DNA of 60,096 nt from a virus (Duplodnaviria; Caudoviricetes). Both the position numbers and the translations under genes were made by a program. The stretch lies in IMG/VR virus record IMGVR_UViG_3300047548_000544, positions 1-60,096 of that record. One strand, written 5' to 3'. The notes beneath the pieces are model-generated. The model did no database searches. It was given only the letters and a program-made list of their open reading frames with translations, and was not told where the DNA came from. Below are positions 7,347-17,547 of this stretch, piece by piece (position 1 is the stretch's first letter; the number at the start of each line of letters is the position of its first letter).

Positions 7347-8415
7347 GCTCACCCCAGATCAAATTGCTAAAGCATTAAGTGCTACACCCAGTAATAAAAG
7401 ACAAACCAATGGTGTTATTGGACTTGATACTTCTGTTGTAGATGTCTCCGTCTCATTCGATGAAGTTGAGTCCTTCGGTAATAAAGAATCTATTACAGGA
7501 ATGTATGAAAGTATTGCAAACTATAATAGAATGTTACAAGAGAAAATTACATTCATTAATAAGGCATTAACAGCTGCGATTCCATTTACTAGAGAGAATC
7601 TATATCTAATCTGTGCATACACAGGTAATGGTAAGTCTACGATCGCTGCAAACATCTCTCATCCCCTTTGGAAAGAAGGGAAGAAGACGTTGGTTATTGC
7701 AAACGAAGAACCTGAACAAGACGTTCTCTATAGGATTGCGTGTTTAGAATTAGGACATAACTTCAATGATTACAAGAAAGGCACAATGCCTTTGGAACAT
7801 CAGAAGCAGTGTATTCTCCTATTTCCATCCATCTCTAAATTTGTAAAGGTATTAGATGTAAATTATAAAGGTGGTCTAACAACGAAACTTGAGGGTGTTA
7901 AAAATGCTCTTGAAGCGGTTAAGACGAAAGACTACTCAGCAGTAATGATCGATTACTTTCAACTTGTAAGATATTCGGCAGCTGATTCAACGAGAAGTAC
8001 GTATTCTGTTCTAGATGATTTCCGAATCTTTCTAGGTCAGTATATCAAAAGCTCTAATATTCCTGTTGTTCTGTTTGCTCAACTCCATTCAATTGGCAAG
8101 AGAAATAACGTTGAGCTTGACTCTCGTATTAAAGAGTGTCCAGGTATTCTAGAACCTTCAACTGTAGTATTAGAAGTTGTTCCAAACTTCGAAGATAAGA
8201 GTACAGATTTTAAAATCTGTAAGGATCGATTTGGATTTCAAGGTCAGAAGATTACTTGTGCGTTTGATAAAGGTAGATATGTTGAAGTTACCCCAGAACA
8301 TTTAGAAAATATTAATAAAGATAAAATCCAAAAACTAATGGATAAAGCAGGATTAGATGATGGCAAAAATAAAAGATTTACAGACAGCGATGAAATTAGC
8401 GAAGATAACGAATAG
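7339..8415 (+). CDS. DnaB/gp41-like replicative helicase (RecA-fold ATPase)
   Basis: Walker A AYTGNGKST, IDYFQL, VLFAQL and KDRFG. SD GGAGG supports a start at 7339. Confidence 0.88.
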   Translation: MSKLTPDQIAKALSATPSNKRQTNGVIGLDTSVVDVSVSFDEVESFGNKESITGMYESIANYNRMLQEKITFINKALTAAIPFTRENLYLICAYTGNGKSTIAANISHPLWKEGKKTLVIANEEPEQDVLYRIACLELGHNFNDYKKGTMPLEHQKQCILLFPSISKFVKVLDVNYKGGLTTKLEGVKNALEAVKTKDYSAVMIDYFQLVRYSAADSTRSTYSVLDDFRIFLGQYIKSSNIPVVLFAQLHSIGKRNNVELDSRIKECPGILEPSTVVLEVVPNFEDKSTDFKICKDRFGFQGQKITCAFDKGRYVEVTPEHLENINKDKIQKLMDKAGLDDGKNKRFTDSDEISEDNE

Positions 8416-8812
8416 ACCTTTAGAGGAGTTCTATGACGGACCACTTGAAGACGAAAGTAAGGAACAAGATATTGAAGAGACGGTGGAAGCTGAACAAGAT
8501 GAAAGCGACGATGAACTTATTGAAGACATTCAGCCGATTCGGACTTACCAAAAAGCAACCCCGGTTGAGAAGTTACTAAGAGACACTTCTAGAGATTCAG
8601 AGTTTATCTCTAAGTACGGCGGTAAAATGAGCGATAATGGTAAACTAATTTGTGAAACAAGACAAATGAGTAAGAAAGAATATCTTATCGAAACTAAGGG
8701 TATGGATGAACGAGATATTTTATCAAGTCCATTACTATACTTAATGTTTAGGTCAGAAGGGCAAGCTGAGGGACATTTCGTACAATGGTTATCAAGGTTT
8801 TCTAAGGAATAA
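8357..8812 (+). CDS. Hypothetical acidic protein
   Basis: 151-aa ORF between helicase and primase, with an acidic stretch. Confidence 0.65.
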   Translation: MMAKIKDLQTAMKLAKITNRPLEEFYDGPLEDESKEQDIEETVEAEQDESDDELIEDIQPIRTYQKATPVEKLLRDTSRDSEFISKYGGKMSDNGKLICETRQMSKKEYLIETKGMDERDILSSPLLYLMFRSEGQAEGHFVQWLSRFSKE

Positions 8813-8813
8813 T

Positions 8814-9674
8814 ATGAATACAAAGAAATGCTTGGTCTGTAAGAAATCAAATGATACTGTTCATTGGCATACAGATCCAGATACTAATGCCATTTGGTGT
8901 TGGTGTAATGGTCCATGTCAACGTGGATATTCTTTGATTGATTACTGTAAGTATGCTGGAGTAGAACTTAAAGATTTCTTACAAGGCGATTTTCAATTTA
9001 AAGAAGCTCAGAATAATGAAATTTCTAGACTTGAATGGCCAAAGACATATGTATCTCTATCTGATCCAAAGGCACAAGCTGGAGTAGATTATATTAAAGG
9101 TAGAGGATTAGACATTAAAGGTGATATGTATTTTGATACAGAACGTGAAGCAATAGTGTTTCCTTATTATTTTGGAAACACATTTGTTGGCGCTCAAACA
9201 AGACTTCTTAAGCCATGGATTCATGATGGTGAAGAAACAAAGATACTAACACTTCCAGGTACTAGACTTGGTCTTGTGTTCTATAATTGGAATCAAGATG
9301 CTTTCGTAACTAATATCAAAGCTATTATTGTTTGTGAAGGTGCATTCAATGCAATTAGTATTCAACAAGCATTAAATAATATGTATGGTGGAGTCTTAAA
9401 GAATCCATTTAAAGTTGTAGCAACTTCAGGTTGTGGCACTTCTAAGCATCAGATGGATAAACTTATTGAGATGAAAAATGCTGGTAAGAAGATTATCATT
9501 GCGTTTGATTCTGATGAACCAGGAATGAAAGGTTTATCTAAGATGATTAAGAATGAAGTAGCAACTCATTATTCTATTACTGAACATGATGATATTGATT
9601 GGAACGATATACTTGGTACACAATCTCACGAGGAATTAGCTAGGATATTTATGAAAAATATTAAACCCGTATGA
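8814..9674 (+). CDS. DNA primase (Zn finger plus TOPRIM)
   Basis: CLVC...WCWCNGPC Zn motif, YIKGRGL, IVCEGAFNA, IIAFDSDEPG, DWND. Confidence 0.88.
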   Translation: MNTKKCLVCKKSNDTVHWHTDPDTNAIWCWCNGPCQRGYSLIDYCKYAGVELKDFLQGDFQFKEAQNNEISRLEWPKTYVSLSDPKAQAGVDYIKGRGLDIKGDMYFDTEREAIVFPYYFGNTFVGAQTRLLKPWIHDGEETKILTLPGTRLGLVFYNWNQDAFVTNIKAIIVCEGAFNAISIQQALNNMYGGVLKNPFKVVATSGCGTSKHQMDKLIEMKNAGKKIIIAFDSDEPGMKGLSKMIKNEVATHYSITEHDDIDWNDILGTQSHEELARIFMKNIKPV

Positions 9675-10249
9675 AAACTTGTGGAAAATGTAAAGTAAAC
9701 AAAGAATTAATTGAATTTAGTAAACATCCAAAAGGTAAATTTGGAGTTCAATCTTATTGTAATTCTTGTTGTAAAACTTATAGACAAGATAATAAAGAAA
9801 AGCGTAAATTATTAAATAAAAAATGGCAAACAATCAATAGTGATCATTTTAAATTTTATAACAAACAATATAAAAAGACAAATGAAGTTAATGTTAAAAG
9901 TGGAAAGAAAATTTGGCAACAAATCAATGCTGGAAAGATGAGAAATCATGTTAACACTCGTAATGCATTAAAACTCAATGCAACACTTAATGGACCCAAT
10001 AATAAGTTTAAAAATCAAATTGAAGCAATATATAGACTAGTTGGAACCTTACAGAAAATAACTGGAATAAAATATGAAGTTCATCATATTTATCCACTGA
10101 AAGAATTTAGTTGTTTATTTTCTGGATTGCATGTACCTTGGAATTTGCGAGTATTGACAAAAGAACAACATAATGAAGCGCATAGAAAACTAAATGATTA
10201 TTTTTTATCTTCGCCATCAAGTTCAACTTTAGCTCCATCTTTTTTATAA
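9671..10249 (+). CDS. HNH homing endonuclease
   Basis: CGKC..CNSCC N-terminus. YEVHHIYPL..SGLHVPWNLRVLT..HN. Confidence 0.85.
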   Translation: MKTCGKCKVNKELIEFSKHPKGKFGVQSYCNSCCKTYRQDNKEKRKLLNKKWQTINSDHFKFYNKQYKKTNEVNVKSGKKIWQQINAGKMRNHVNTRNALKLNATLNGPNNKFKNQIEAIYRLVGTLQKITGIKYEVHHIYPLKEFSCLFSGLHVPWNLRVLTKEQHNEAHRKLNDYFLSSPSSSTLAPSFL

Positions 10250-10488
10250 GATCTACCGAAATATAAAGCTACACACATGCCGTGCCAATATAAAGCATTT
10301 GTGACGTCGATTCCTTTAAACATTAATGCGAATGAATTCAATAGAGCAAGTTGAACATAGATACTAGATAAGAATACTAATGTCAATGAGACACTACTAG
10401 CTCCAGTTTTTGGATCTCTTACCATTGGCATAGGAATACCCAGACTATTTAACTTCGCAATCCAAGCTCTTACTTCTTTTAAATCCAT
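10198..10488 (-). CDS. Small two-TM membrane protein (holin-like)
   Basis: Two hydrophobic segments and a charged C-terminus. Last gene of the late operon. Confidence 0.5.
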   Translation of the reverse strand: MDLKEVRAWIAKLNSLGIPMPMVRDPKTGASSVSLTLVFLSSIYVQLALLNSFALMFKGIDVTNALYWHGMCVALYFGRSYKKDGAKVELDGEDKK

Positions 10489-11147
10489 TAGAGCTCCTTA
10501 AATATTGGAAAGTCTACACTTTCAGCATTATGATAAATATGTAACATTATACTGAAATAATTAGGTCCATACTGTTTTATCATTTGTTTTTCAAACATTT
10601 TAAATAGAATCTTATTAATCCAAGTTTTTGGCATCACCATAAATTCCATAGCATCCATTATCTTAGAAGATGTTTCATTAGCATCTTTATGCATAGCAAT
10701 CATTAGATTACAAACATAAAGAGGTAAGAATAAGTAACTAAGCTTACTGTTCATTATCTGTCCCCACGAATAGTAATTAGCTGGATTGTAAGGGACGTAT
10801 TCTGAAAGTCTTCCAGTATTATTGTAAGTACCGAAATGAGTCTTTAAATGATTCCAAATCTTCTCACCATTTGGTGTGTTTAATAATTTAGAAGATATAA
10901 GAAAGCCTAAGATCTCATCTTGAGACATACTTCTAGTTGGTGCTGATTCTATGTTTCTACGGTTATATAAACCTCTTGCATTGATTTTTGTTTCCATGTT
11001 GGCAATGAAAAAATCTCTATCTTCATCTGTAAGACCACTTTTTAAATGCTTAAGAATATGATATTGAGCAAGAAATAGATTGCAATTTTCAGTTGTTGGA
11101 TCACGCTTTGTAACAAGTCCAAATCCCATTTTAAAATATTCAAACAT
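10488..11147 (-). CDS. Unknown protein, paralogue of 12147-12812
   Basis: Shared blocks ENCNLFxAQY, INxRGLYNRR, SxDEILGFL, THFGxYNNTGRL and SKLSYLFLP. Confidence 0.75.
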   Translation of the reverse strand: MFEYFKMGFGLVTKRDPTTENCNLFLAQYHILKHLKSGLTDEDRDFFIANMETKINARGLYNRRNIESAPTRSMSQDEILGFLISSKLLNTPNGEKIWNHLKTHFGTYNNTGRLSEYVPYNPANYYSWGQIMNSKLSYLFLPLYVCNLMIAMHKDANETSSKIMDAMEFMVMPKTWINKILFKMFEKQMIKQYGPNYFSIMLHIYHNAESVDFPIFKEL

Positions 11148-11149
11148 AA

Positions 11150-11491
11150 TTATCTCCTTGGTCTACTACTTATTTTATCACACCAAGACTTAGCATCTTC
11201 TTCAACATTCTTATTGAAAGATTTGTAGTCACCACAGTGACCAAAAAATAAATGGCAAGTTACGCCATTCTTCTTACTTTCACATAGTGTTATTAAATTA
11301 TCTGGATCAAGTTCTAATGTTGGATTAAGATGAAAAGGTAATTTATGATGAACTTCTAATACTTCTTTTCCACCACATACAGCACAAGCAGGATTTGCTT
11401 TTAAATGATATTTACGAACAGTAGGCCATTTTGGATTTCGTTTACCAGGGATACCCTGCATCTTATCTTTAATAGCCTTTATAATACTCAT
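11150..11491 (-). CDS. Small HNH endonuclease
   Basis: CAVCG..LEVHHKLP..DNLITLC..CH. Confidence 0.85.
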   Translation of the reverse strand: MSIIKAIKDKMQGIPGKRNPKWPTVRKYHLKANPACAVCGGKEVLEVHHKLPFHLNPTLELDPDNLITLCESKKNGVTCHLFFGHCGDYKSFNKNVEEDAKSWCDKISSRPRR

Positions 11492-11549
11492 AAATTATAA
11501 CCTTACTAAGAATATCAGTTTCCAACTATTATTAAATGAAGTTAGATAG

Positions 11550-11654
11550 TTAGTGCATTTCTTGCTTAAGCTTCATCATTTTTTGAGCGTGAGATCTTAA
11601 ATCTCCTAAAACCTTAGAACTCGCCTTCTTTTCCATGTCATTTAATTTTTTCAT
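11550..11654 (-). CDS. 34-aa peptide (…QKMMKLKQEMH)
   Basis: Manual ORF. Shares KMMKxKQEM with the 12815-12877 peptide. Confidence 0.4.
   Translation of the reverse strand: MKKLNDMEKKASSKVLGDLRSHAQKMMKLKQEMH
11554..11582. repeat. 29-bp direct repeat, copy 1 (copy 2 at 12840-12868)
   Basis: tgcatttcttgcttaagcttcatcatttt versus tgcatttcttgcttaaacttcatcatttt, one mismatch. Confidence 0.85.
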
Positions 11655-11727
11655 TATAAACCCTTGTAATTAAAAATGAGGCGAAATGTTCCTCATCTAT
11701 AGTTGTTAATATACTAGTAAGTATCTG

Positions 11728-12147
11728 TTATTTCAATCTTTGTTTCAATTTGTACATAAGTACTTCATTTTTATCAGCAATGTTACCAACCATCTGTATA
11801 AATCCTTGTGTAGATTTTGGATCTTTACAAAGCGGCTCGATTTTAGCGTTGATTTGAGTGATTAGATCTAAACAAACCTTCAGTAACTCTTTGTTTTCTT
11901 TAGTATCTTTCATTGGAAGAGCTTGAACTTTTTGACAAGCAACCATCAATACTTTGCTTTCATCGAGATTCTCATCTCCTTTCAACCCAATAAAACGTTC
12001 TATAACGTCGTCATAGTCGGTTTCAGCCTTTGTGTAGATTTCCGCAAGCATATCATGGTCTTGATTAAAAACGACCCTAGCCGCGATATGATGCGCGTGA
12101 TGAGCGTATAGTTGTAAAGTCCTTAAAAGCGCTGCTAAATCTAACAT
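11728..12147 (-). CDS. Dps/ferritin-like four-helix protein
   Basis: LQLYAHHAHH..FNQDHDMLAEIY..YDDVIERFIG matches the Dps pattern H..HW..F...H..L.E.Y......D...ER. Confidence 0.7.
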   Translation of the reverse strand: MLDLAALLRTLQLYAHHAHHIAARVVFNQDHDMLAEIYTKAETDYDDVIERFIGLKGDENLDESKVLMVACQKVQALPMKDTKENKELLKVCLDLITQINAKIEPLCKDPKSTQGFIQMVGNIADKNEVLMYKLKQRLK

Positions 12148-12812
12148 TACATATCTCCTACAAGTTTAAATAACGGAAATTCTGTCCGTGATTCTGAATT
12201 AAAGTATATTTCATAAAGCCCGCGGAGATAATTTTCACCATACTGAGCTTTCATTTTTCGTTCATAATAACTACACATAAAGTTGTTTAATTTACTTTTT
12301 GGCATTGTTTTAAAAATCAGCGAATATAATATCTTACTACTAGTGTTTTGTTTTTCTTTAGAACAAGCAATTAATAGGTTTGCCGCGAAAAATGGCAAAA
12401 ACAAGTAGCTTAATTTACTTTCCAGTAATTGACCCCAATTGTAATAATTACCAGGATTAAACGGTAAGTAATCTAGCAACCTTCCAGTATTATTATAACT
12501 ACCGAAATGTGTTAATAAGTGCCGCCAGATCTTATTTTTATGTTCAGTATGCAATATACTAGAAGCAGTTAAAAACCCCAGTATCTCGTCTTTTGAAACT
12601 GAACGTACTGGCAAAGGTTCAATTGATCGTCGATTATACAACCCGCGGTCGTTAATTTTCATGCGCATGTTTCTACGAAAAAATATCAAGTCCGTAACCA
12701 CTGGTTTTGAAAGCGCTAAATACTGAGCAAAGAACAAGTTGCAATTTTCAGTAGCTTGATCTGCTTCAGTAACAAGACCGAATCCATCGCGAAAATATAC
12801 AACTGGTTTCAT
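12147..12812 (-). CDS. Unknown protein, paralogue of 10488-11147
   Basis: Shares the conserved blocks listed for 10488-11147. Confidence 0.75.
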   Translation of the reverse strand: MKPVVYFRDGFGLVTEADQATENCNLFFAQYLALSKPVVTDLIFFRRNMRMKINDRGLYNRRSIEPLPVRSVSKDEILGFLTASSILHTEHKNKIWRHLLTHFGSYNNTGRLLDYLPFNPGNYYNWGQLLESKLSYLFLPFFAANLLIACSKEKQNTSSKILYSLIFKTMPKSKLNNFMCSYYERKMKAQYGENYLRGLYEIYFNSESRTEFPLFKLVGDM

Positions 12813-12814
12813 TC

Positions 12815-12877
12815 CTATTCCTTACGTAAACTTTCAATCTGCATTTCTTGCTTAAACTTCATCATTTTATCTTCCAT
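12815..12877 (-). CDS. 20-aa peptide MEDKMMKFKQEMQIESLRKE
   Basis: Manual ORF with SD AGGA. Contains copy 2 of the 29-bp repeat. Confidence 0.4.
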   Translation of the reverse strand: MEDKMMKFKQEMQIESLRKE

Positions 12878-12901
12878 ATTTCCTACGTTTGTAATCAAAT
12901 G

Positions 12902-15900
12902 TTACTTAATTTTTGTAATTTTAACTTGTGCAAATTTTTCATTCTCACCACCACCTACTGCCGTCCCTAAACCATTAGTAGCTACTGCTGCTCCAACGTA
13001 ATACTGAAGAGATATTGTTTTAGCTGAAGTTAAAGTTATTTCAGTTCTTAACAATGGAACACATGAGGTAGTAGTATTTGCATAGTGAGAATCACTAACA
13101 TCGAAAGTTGTAGAATCTGTAATGTTTCTCAATCTTAATTTACTAGTAGTAGTGCTGAAAAATGGAGCAGAAGCTTCTATAGAATAAACTCCAGCAGATA
13201 ATACAAATTGATTGGAAGCTAAGCTTGTTACAATGCCAGTATTATCTACAATTGTATTTAACTCTCTATTTGTCCAAGTCGCAGCAATACTTGCACCACC
13301 GTTTGTTGCGGTAGCCTTAACATCACTCAAGTAAGCCACTCGCATTTGCAAATTCGGCACAGTAGTTAACACTGGAGCTTTTGAAGCTGAAAATGCTACG
13401 TAACCATTTGTCTGAACAGTAGCATCTGAAAATTGAAGAGTGTGAGTAGTATTTGAAGCAGGATAAAGAACCAGACCAGCATCAATTTGTAAGATACCAG
13501 TAGTAGGATTATAATCCTTTATAGCTAATCCGTATGCATCTAGCTTACCATCGGCTTGTGAATAATCCAACATACCAGAATTTACTTTACTTGTAGATTT
13601 AAACAATCCTAAGTTTACAGACTGTAATCCTTTACCAATAAATATATCAACTCTACTTGGAGAAGCTGAAGTAGAAGTAGCGTTACCTGCTCTAGCAAAA
13701 ACTTGAATACCGTTTATATTCATACTAGAAGTAGTTTGAGTTGGAGCACTCGCTGCTATTGTTGCAGTATTCCCACCACTAGCGTAAGTGTAAGTATTAA
13801 ACGTCCCAATAGCGTCTGTAGCAGGGTCTATTGCAGTAGCTTTAAAAGCGAAAGACATTGTGTCTGAGGATACTTGCTGAGTTGGTGAAGCTGTGGCGTT
13901 GTTGTCTGCTGTTGCTGCGAGTGTTACACCACTAAAAGTAACAGTTGCACCACTCTTTTGAATTCTAAGGGTATCCCCAGCTACTAACTTAATGTTTGCA
14001 GAGATATCAGTATTTGTGGTTCCTGTTTGGTTTGTACCACTTCTTATTTGTCCATCTGGAGCAGTACTAGTAAGTATTGTTGCATTTCTTGTTATGTAAA
14101 CAGATGCAGATGTTGTAGCTACGGCTGAAAATGCTGTGCTAATTTTAACTTCGCAATCTTTTAAAGCAACAAAACTTGTACCATTTGCAGCGGAACTATC
14201 TACACGAATTACACCAAGATTTGTATTCTTCGTAATGCTTAAAACTGGAACACCTGTATTTGTTGATCCGAAAGTTGAAGTGGCAGTTAATGCTTCGATA
14301 GCTTCAGTATCAGTAGTTTTCATGTTAACAAAACTTGTAACATCTACGCTGCTGAGATTTGGCTTGCCGACTTTTGAGATTTGAAAATTAGAAAATTTAT
14401 TTTGTGTAGATGTCATTCCCTCAGAGTGAGGACGTATTACATCGCCTTTTAATAAGTAATTCGACCAAGCACAATTAGCAATTGTTCCAACTGGAACCAA
14501 TTGGTTAGCCAACATTTCTGGAGCAGTTAAGGAAGTTATATTAACAGACAGTGAGCTAGCATTTTTAGATATACCAAATGTCCCACCACCCGAATCAGCA
14601 ATGTCGGTATAAGTAATGCTATAAAGTCCGTCTTCGTTTATTGTAAAGCTTGCACCATTAGTAGCACTATCCACATAAGTAATAGCAGTTCCAATATTAT
14701 TAAAAGTATTGCTGAACCTTCTAATTTTAGTTCCAGTCGATCCGTATCCATTCGCTGTATTTAATTGAATCGCTGAATCACTCTGCGACCATTGCGGTAA
14801 CACATTTGAAAAGTTAGCAGGGATGCTGGTTTCTGTGAGTGAGAGTGTGATCATGTTTCCAACGTTAGCACTTGGAGCAGATTCAGCAGTTACTCTAATT
14901 GCATCTCCAACATTTACGTCAAAAGTGCTAGATGCGTGAGGTCTGGCAGCGATACCAATATATGAACTTGCCATTATTTCAGAAGCTACTGCACTGATAG
15001 CAGTTTTTGTTTGTTGGTTTTTTGTAATCTGAATACTAGAACCTGCACCAGATGGGATCAAATTAGTACTTACACTCAACTTCCCAGCTTTCAGCATCGT
15101 AATTACAGTACCGTTGGCAGCAGTATTTACAACACTCCAAGCATCACCCTGAGTAATTGCTTGCGTATCGAACTTTACAATAGCTGTATCTGTGCTACCG
15201 CGAGAACTTGCACCTTCAAAACGTAACTGGTGAGTTGGGATTGTTATTTTAGAATCTGTGGAGAAGTTGAGTTGTTTTAAAGCTCCATTGTAAGAGAAGC
15301 TGATACTTGTTGCATACCCAGCACTTATTCCAGTTGCGTTTACATTGTGTAATCTTAAAGTATCTCCGGTATTTAATTTACCAGACCAAGATATAACTGC
15401 AATGTCAGAGTTTGTTGATAACATCAATCTTTCAGATGCATTAGATAAGCTGTTATAAGCAGTGGTTAATTGAGTAGTATTTTTAGATAATCCAATTACT
15501 CCAGCAGCGGAGATAAAATCTCCAGACAAGTTAAACTTAAACTCTCCATCTCTTAGAGCTATAAACTTGTCACCGTTTACGCTATCAGAAACATACTGAA
15601 TAGCATCTCCAACGTTCGATACAATTGTATTCGAAGTGAGATACATAATTTGAGTGGCTGTAGAAGCTAAAGAAGCACCAAAACCATTCATCTGCAAGTA
15701 ACTATCAGGAGTCTGCACCAACTGAGCAGAAGTTAAATCGATTGTTTTGCTTTCTGTAGCAGTAAGTGGATTTACAAAGTCAACACCTTGTTTTGTAACG
15801 TGAATATTAAACGGAGCACTTACAGCAGACCCTCTTGGTACGGTGTCGTACAAAGTTATACTTACAGAACTTGCCGACTGAGCAGTAATTACTGGAGCAG

Positions 15901-17035
15901 TAGAAGCTGTAGATGCAATTGTTACGTTTATCGCAGGAGTTACTGAGAAATATCCCGAAACAAATGTAATTACATAGTTTCCAGCAGAAGGATTTGTTAT
16001 TGACTGAATAAAGTTAGCAGTAGTTGAAAGTAAAACACCAGCAGATGAAATATCAGCAGCATCTGTATTTAATACGGCTTTCGGAACGGTAACACTTGCA
16101 GTAGTTTTTGCAACTTCAGTAAGCTTTATACTGATATCGTCAAAATAAGATTCCGGTGAACCTGTTTCAGCTAATGCAGAAATTGTGTATGAAATACTTG
16201 CACAGTTATTTGGAATATCAAAAGTGAAAGCTTGTCTTGCTGGTAAGGCAGAAATCTTAGCTGTAATTGTAGCAGAAGCAGAAGCGCTCTGTGACATTGT
16301 AGCAGTAGACGTACTGATAGCTGAGATAATCGTTCCAGTAGGGATACCAGCACCTGTAATGGTCTGTCCTACTTTAAGTTTGTTAATGTCAGTGGTAGAA
16401 ATTGCAGACAACGTAGCTGAAGCTGAAGTTGTTGTTGCAGTAATTGTTGTTGAGCCTAAAGTAATAGCTTGAGAAGCTGCTAAGTTAGCTGCATTCGTTT
16501 CGTCGTAAATTAAAATTGTAACGTTACCCTGAGTAGCACTTGAACGTGTGTAAATACTGAGAGTATTATTCTTACCTCTAAATTCTGGGTCAACTGCTAA
16601 AACTTTTTTAAAGCTTTGAGTAACACCTGCGGAAATTAACTGTGCAGATTTTAAACCGCGAATAGGGTTAGCTGTAGAAATTGCAAGACCAGTTTGCGTG
16701 AAATCAGTTGTAAGTGCATAGTCGAAATTCTGACGTAATAGGATAGAATCTTCCAAAGATTGGGTTTTGTTTATCCATTTAGAAGTAGAAGTATCATATA
16801 CTATGTATTGTTCATTTATAGGAGAAGTTAAGGTAACATCTGTAAGTGATGATAGAGTAGTTGTTCCTCCAGATCCTATTTCAACCCAAGTTGAAGATAT
16901 TGTTGAATATTTTTTTAGTTTGTTGCTATCATTGATATCAATTGCTAACTCACCTTCTTGTGGCGAAGTTAGAGTTGTTAAATCTACTGGTTTAAGTACG
17001 ATTGATTTATCAATCTTAAAAGATTTTTTAGACAT
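12902..17035 (-). CDS. Large tail fibre / receptor-binding protein with tandem beta-sandwich repeats
   Basis: 1377 aa, S/T/A-rich. Four approximately 150-aa repeats (…SDSVNGDKFIALRDGEF, …TAANGTVITMLKAGKL, …SATNGASFTINEDGLY, …SAANGTSFVALKDCEV) and a C1q-like C-terminus. Confidence 0.8.
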   Translation of the reverse strand: MSKKSFKIDKSIVLKPVDLTTLTSPQEGELAIDINDSNKLKKYSTISSTWVEIGSGGTTTLSSLTDVTLTSPINEQYIVYDTSTSKWINKTQSLEDSILLRQNFDYALTTDFTQTGLAISTANPIRGLKSAQLISAGVTQSFKKVLAVDPEFRGKNNTLSIYTRSSATQGNVTILIYDETNAANLAASQAITLGSTTITATTTSASATLSAISTTDINKLKVGQTITGAGIPTGTIISAISTSTATMSQSASASATITAKISALPARQAFTFDIPNNCASISYTISALAETGSPESYFDDISIKLTEVAKTTASVTVPKAVLNTDAADISSAGVLLSTTANFIQSITNPSAGNYVITFVSGYFSVTPAINVTIASTASTAPVITAQSASSVSITLYDTVPRGSAVSAPFNIHVTKQGVDFVNPLTATESKTIDLTSAQLVQTPDSYLQMNGFGASLASTATQIMYLTSNTIVSNVGDAIQYVSDSVNGDKFIALRDGEFKFNLSGDFISAAGVIGLSKNTTQLTTAYNSLSNASERLMLSTNSDIAVISWSGKLNTGDTLRLHNVNATGISAGYATSISFSYNGALKQLNFSTDSKITIPTHQLRFEGASSRGSTDTAIVKFDTQAITQGDAWSVVNTAANGTVITMLKAGKLSVSTNLIPSGAGSSIQITKNQQTKTAISAVASEIMASSYIGIAARPHASSTFDVNVGDAIRVTAESAPSANVGNMITLSLTETSIPANFSNVLPQWSQSDSAIQLNTANGYGSTGTKIRRFSNTFNNIGTAITYVDSATNGASFTINEDGLYSITYTDIADSGGGTFGISKNASSLSVNITSLTAPEMLANQLVPVGTIANCAWSNYLLKGDVIRPHSEGMTSTQNKFSNFQISKVGKPNLSSVDVTSFVNMKTTDTEAIEALTATSTFGSTNTGVPVLSITKNTNLGVIRVDSSAANGTSFVALKDCEVKISTAFSAVATTSASVYITRNATILTSTAPDGQIRSGTNQTGTTNTDISANIKLVAGDTLRIQKSGATVTFSGVTLAATADNNATASPTQQVSSDTMSFAFKATAIDPATDAIGTFNTYTYASGGNTATIAASAPTQTTSSMNINGIQVFARAGNATSTSASPSRVDIFIGKGLQSVNLGLFKSTSKVNSGMLDYSQADGKLDAYGLAIKDYNPTTGILQIDAGLVLYPASNTTHTLQFSDATVQTNGYVAFSASKAPVLTTVPNLQMRVAYLSDVKATATNGGASIAATWTNRELNTIVDNTGIVTSLASNQFVLSAGVYSIEASAPFFSTTTSKLRLRNITDSTTFDVSDSHYANTTTSCVPLLRTEITLTSAKTISLQYYVGAAVATNGLGTAVGGGENEKFAQVKITKIK

Positions 17036-17085
17036 TTGTTCCTCTCGTCACTGTCGAAGTGGTTATATTAGTTCTATTGTATCAG

Positions 17086-17535
17086 CTAATTGATCTTAAT
17101 AAAGAAGTTGACTGTAATATTTTTAGGGCGTGTTTCTAAACCACCAGTATCTCCAGTGTTTGTAGCACCAGATTGAGTTAATACTCCTTGACCACCACCT
17201 GCTAAACCATTATTTAGAAATGACCCAGCCATAGAATGAAAATGAGATTTAAATTCATCTGTTTGTTGAGTACCAATGATTAAATCTCCAGCTGGATTTT
17301 CTTGCCCATCTCCTCTTCCGTTATTTTTACCACGAAGAAATTGCCCTCTACCATCCGGAATTACAGAAGTTCCAGTAATAGATGCATACTTAGAGCCGTT
17401 CACATTTCTGCCATCCATAAGGACCCACGTTCCATTTCTTTGTGCTTGAAATTGAGCTTCTGTTAAAGTTGATGTAATTACATCCCCTACAAAACCATCA
17501 TTCTGAGCTCCGCCAACTGCTATACTTTTACTCAT
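17086..17535 (-). CDS. Tail collar domain protein
   Basis: WVLMDGR..PDGRGQFLRG..QTDEFKSHFH..ETRPKNITVNFFIK. Confidence 0.85.
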   Translation of the reverse strand: MSKSIAVGGAQNDGFVGDVITSTLTEAQFQAQRNGTWVLMDGRNVNGSKYASITGTSVIPDGRGQFLRGKNNGRGDGQENPAGDLIIGTQQTDEFKSHFHSMAGSFLNNGLAGGGQGVLTQSGATNTGDTGGLETRPKNITVNFFIKIN

Positions 17536-17547
17536 GTTGTCTCCAAA

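Noticed and set aside
11494-11501. Promoter GTTATAAT for the small HNH gene
   Set aside because: It is only 2 nt from the ATG, so a transcript from it would miss the start codon.
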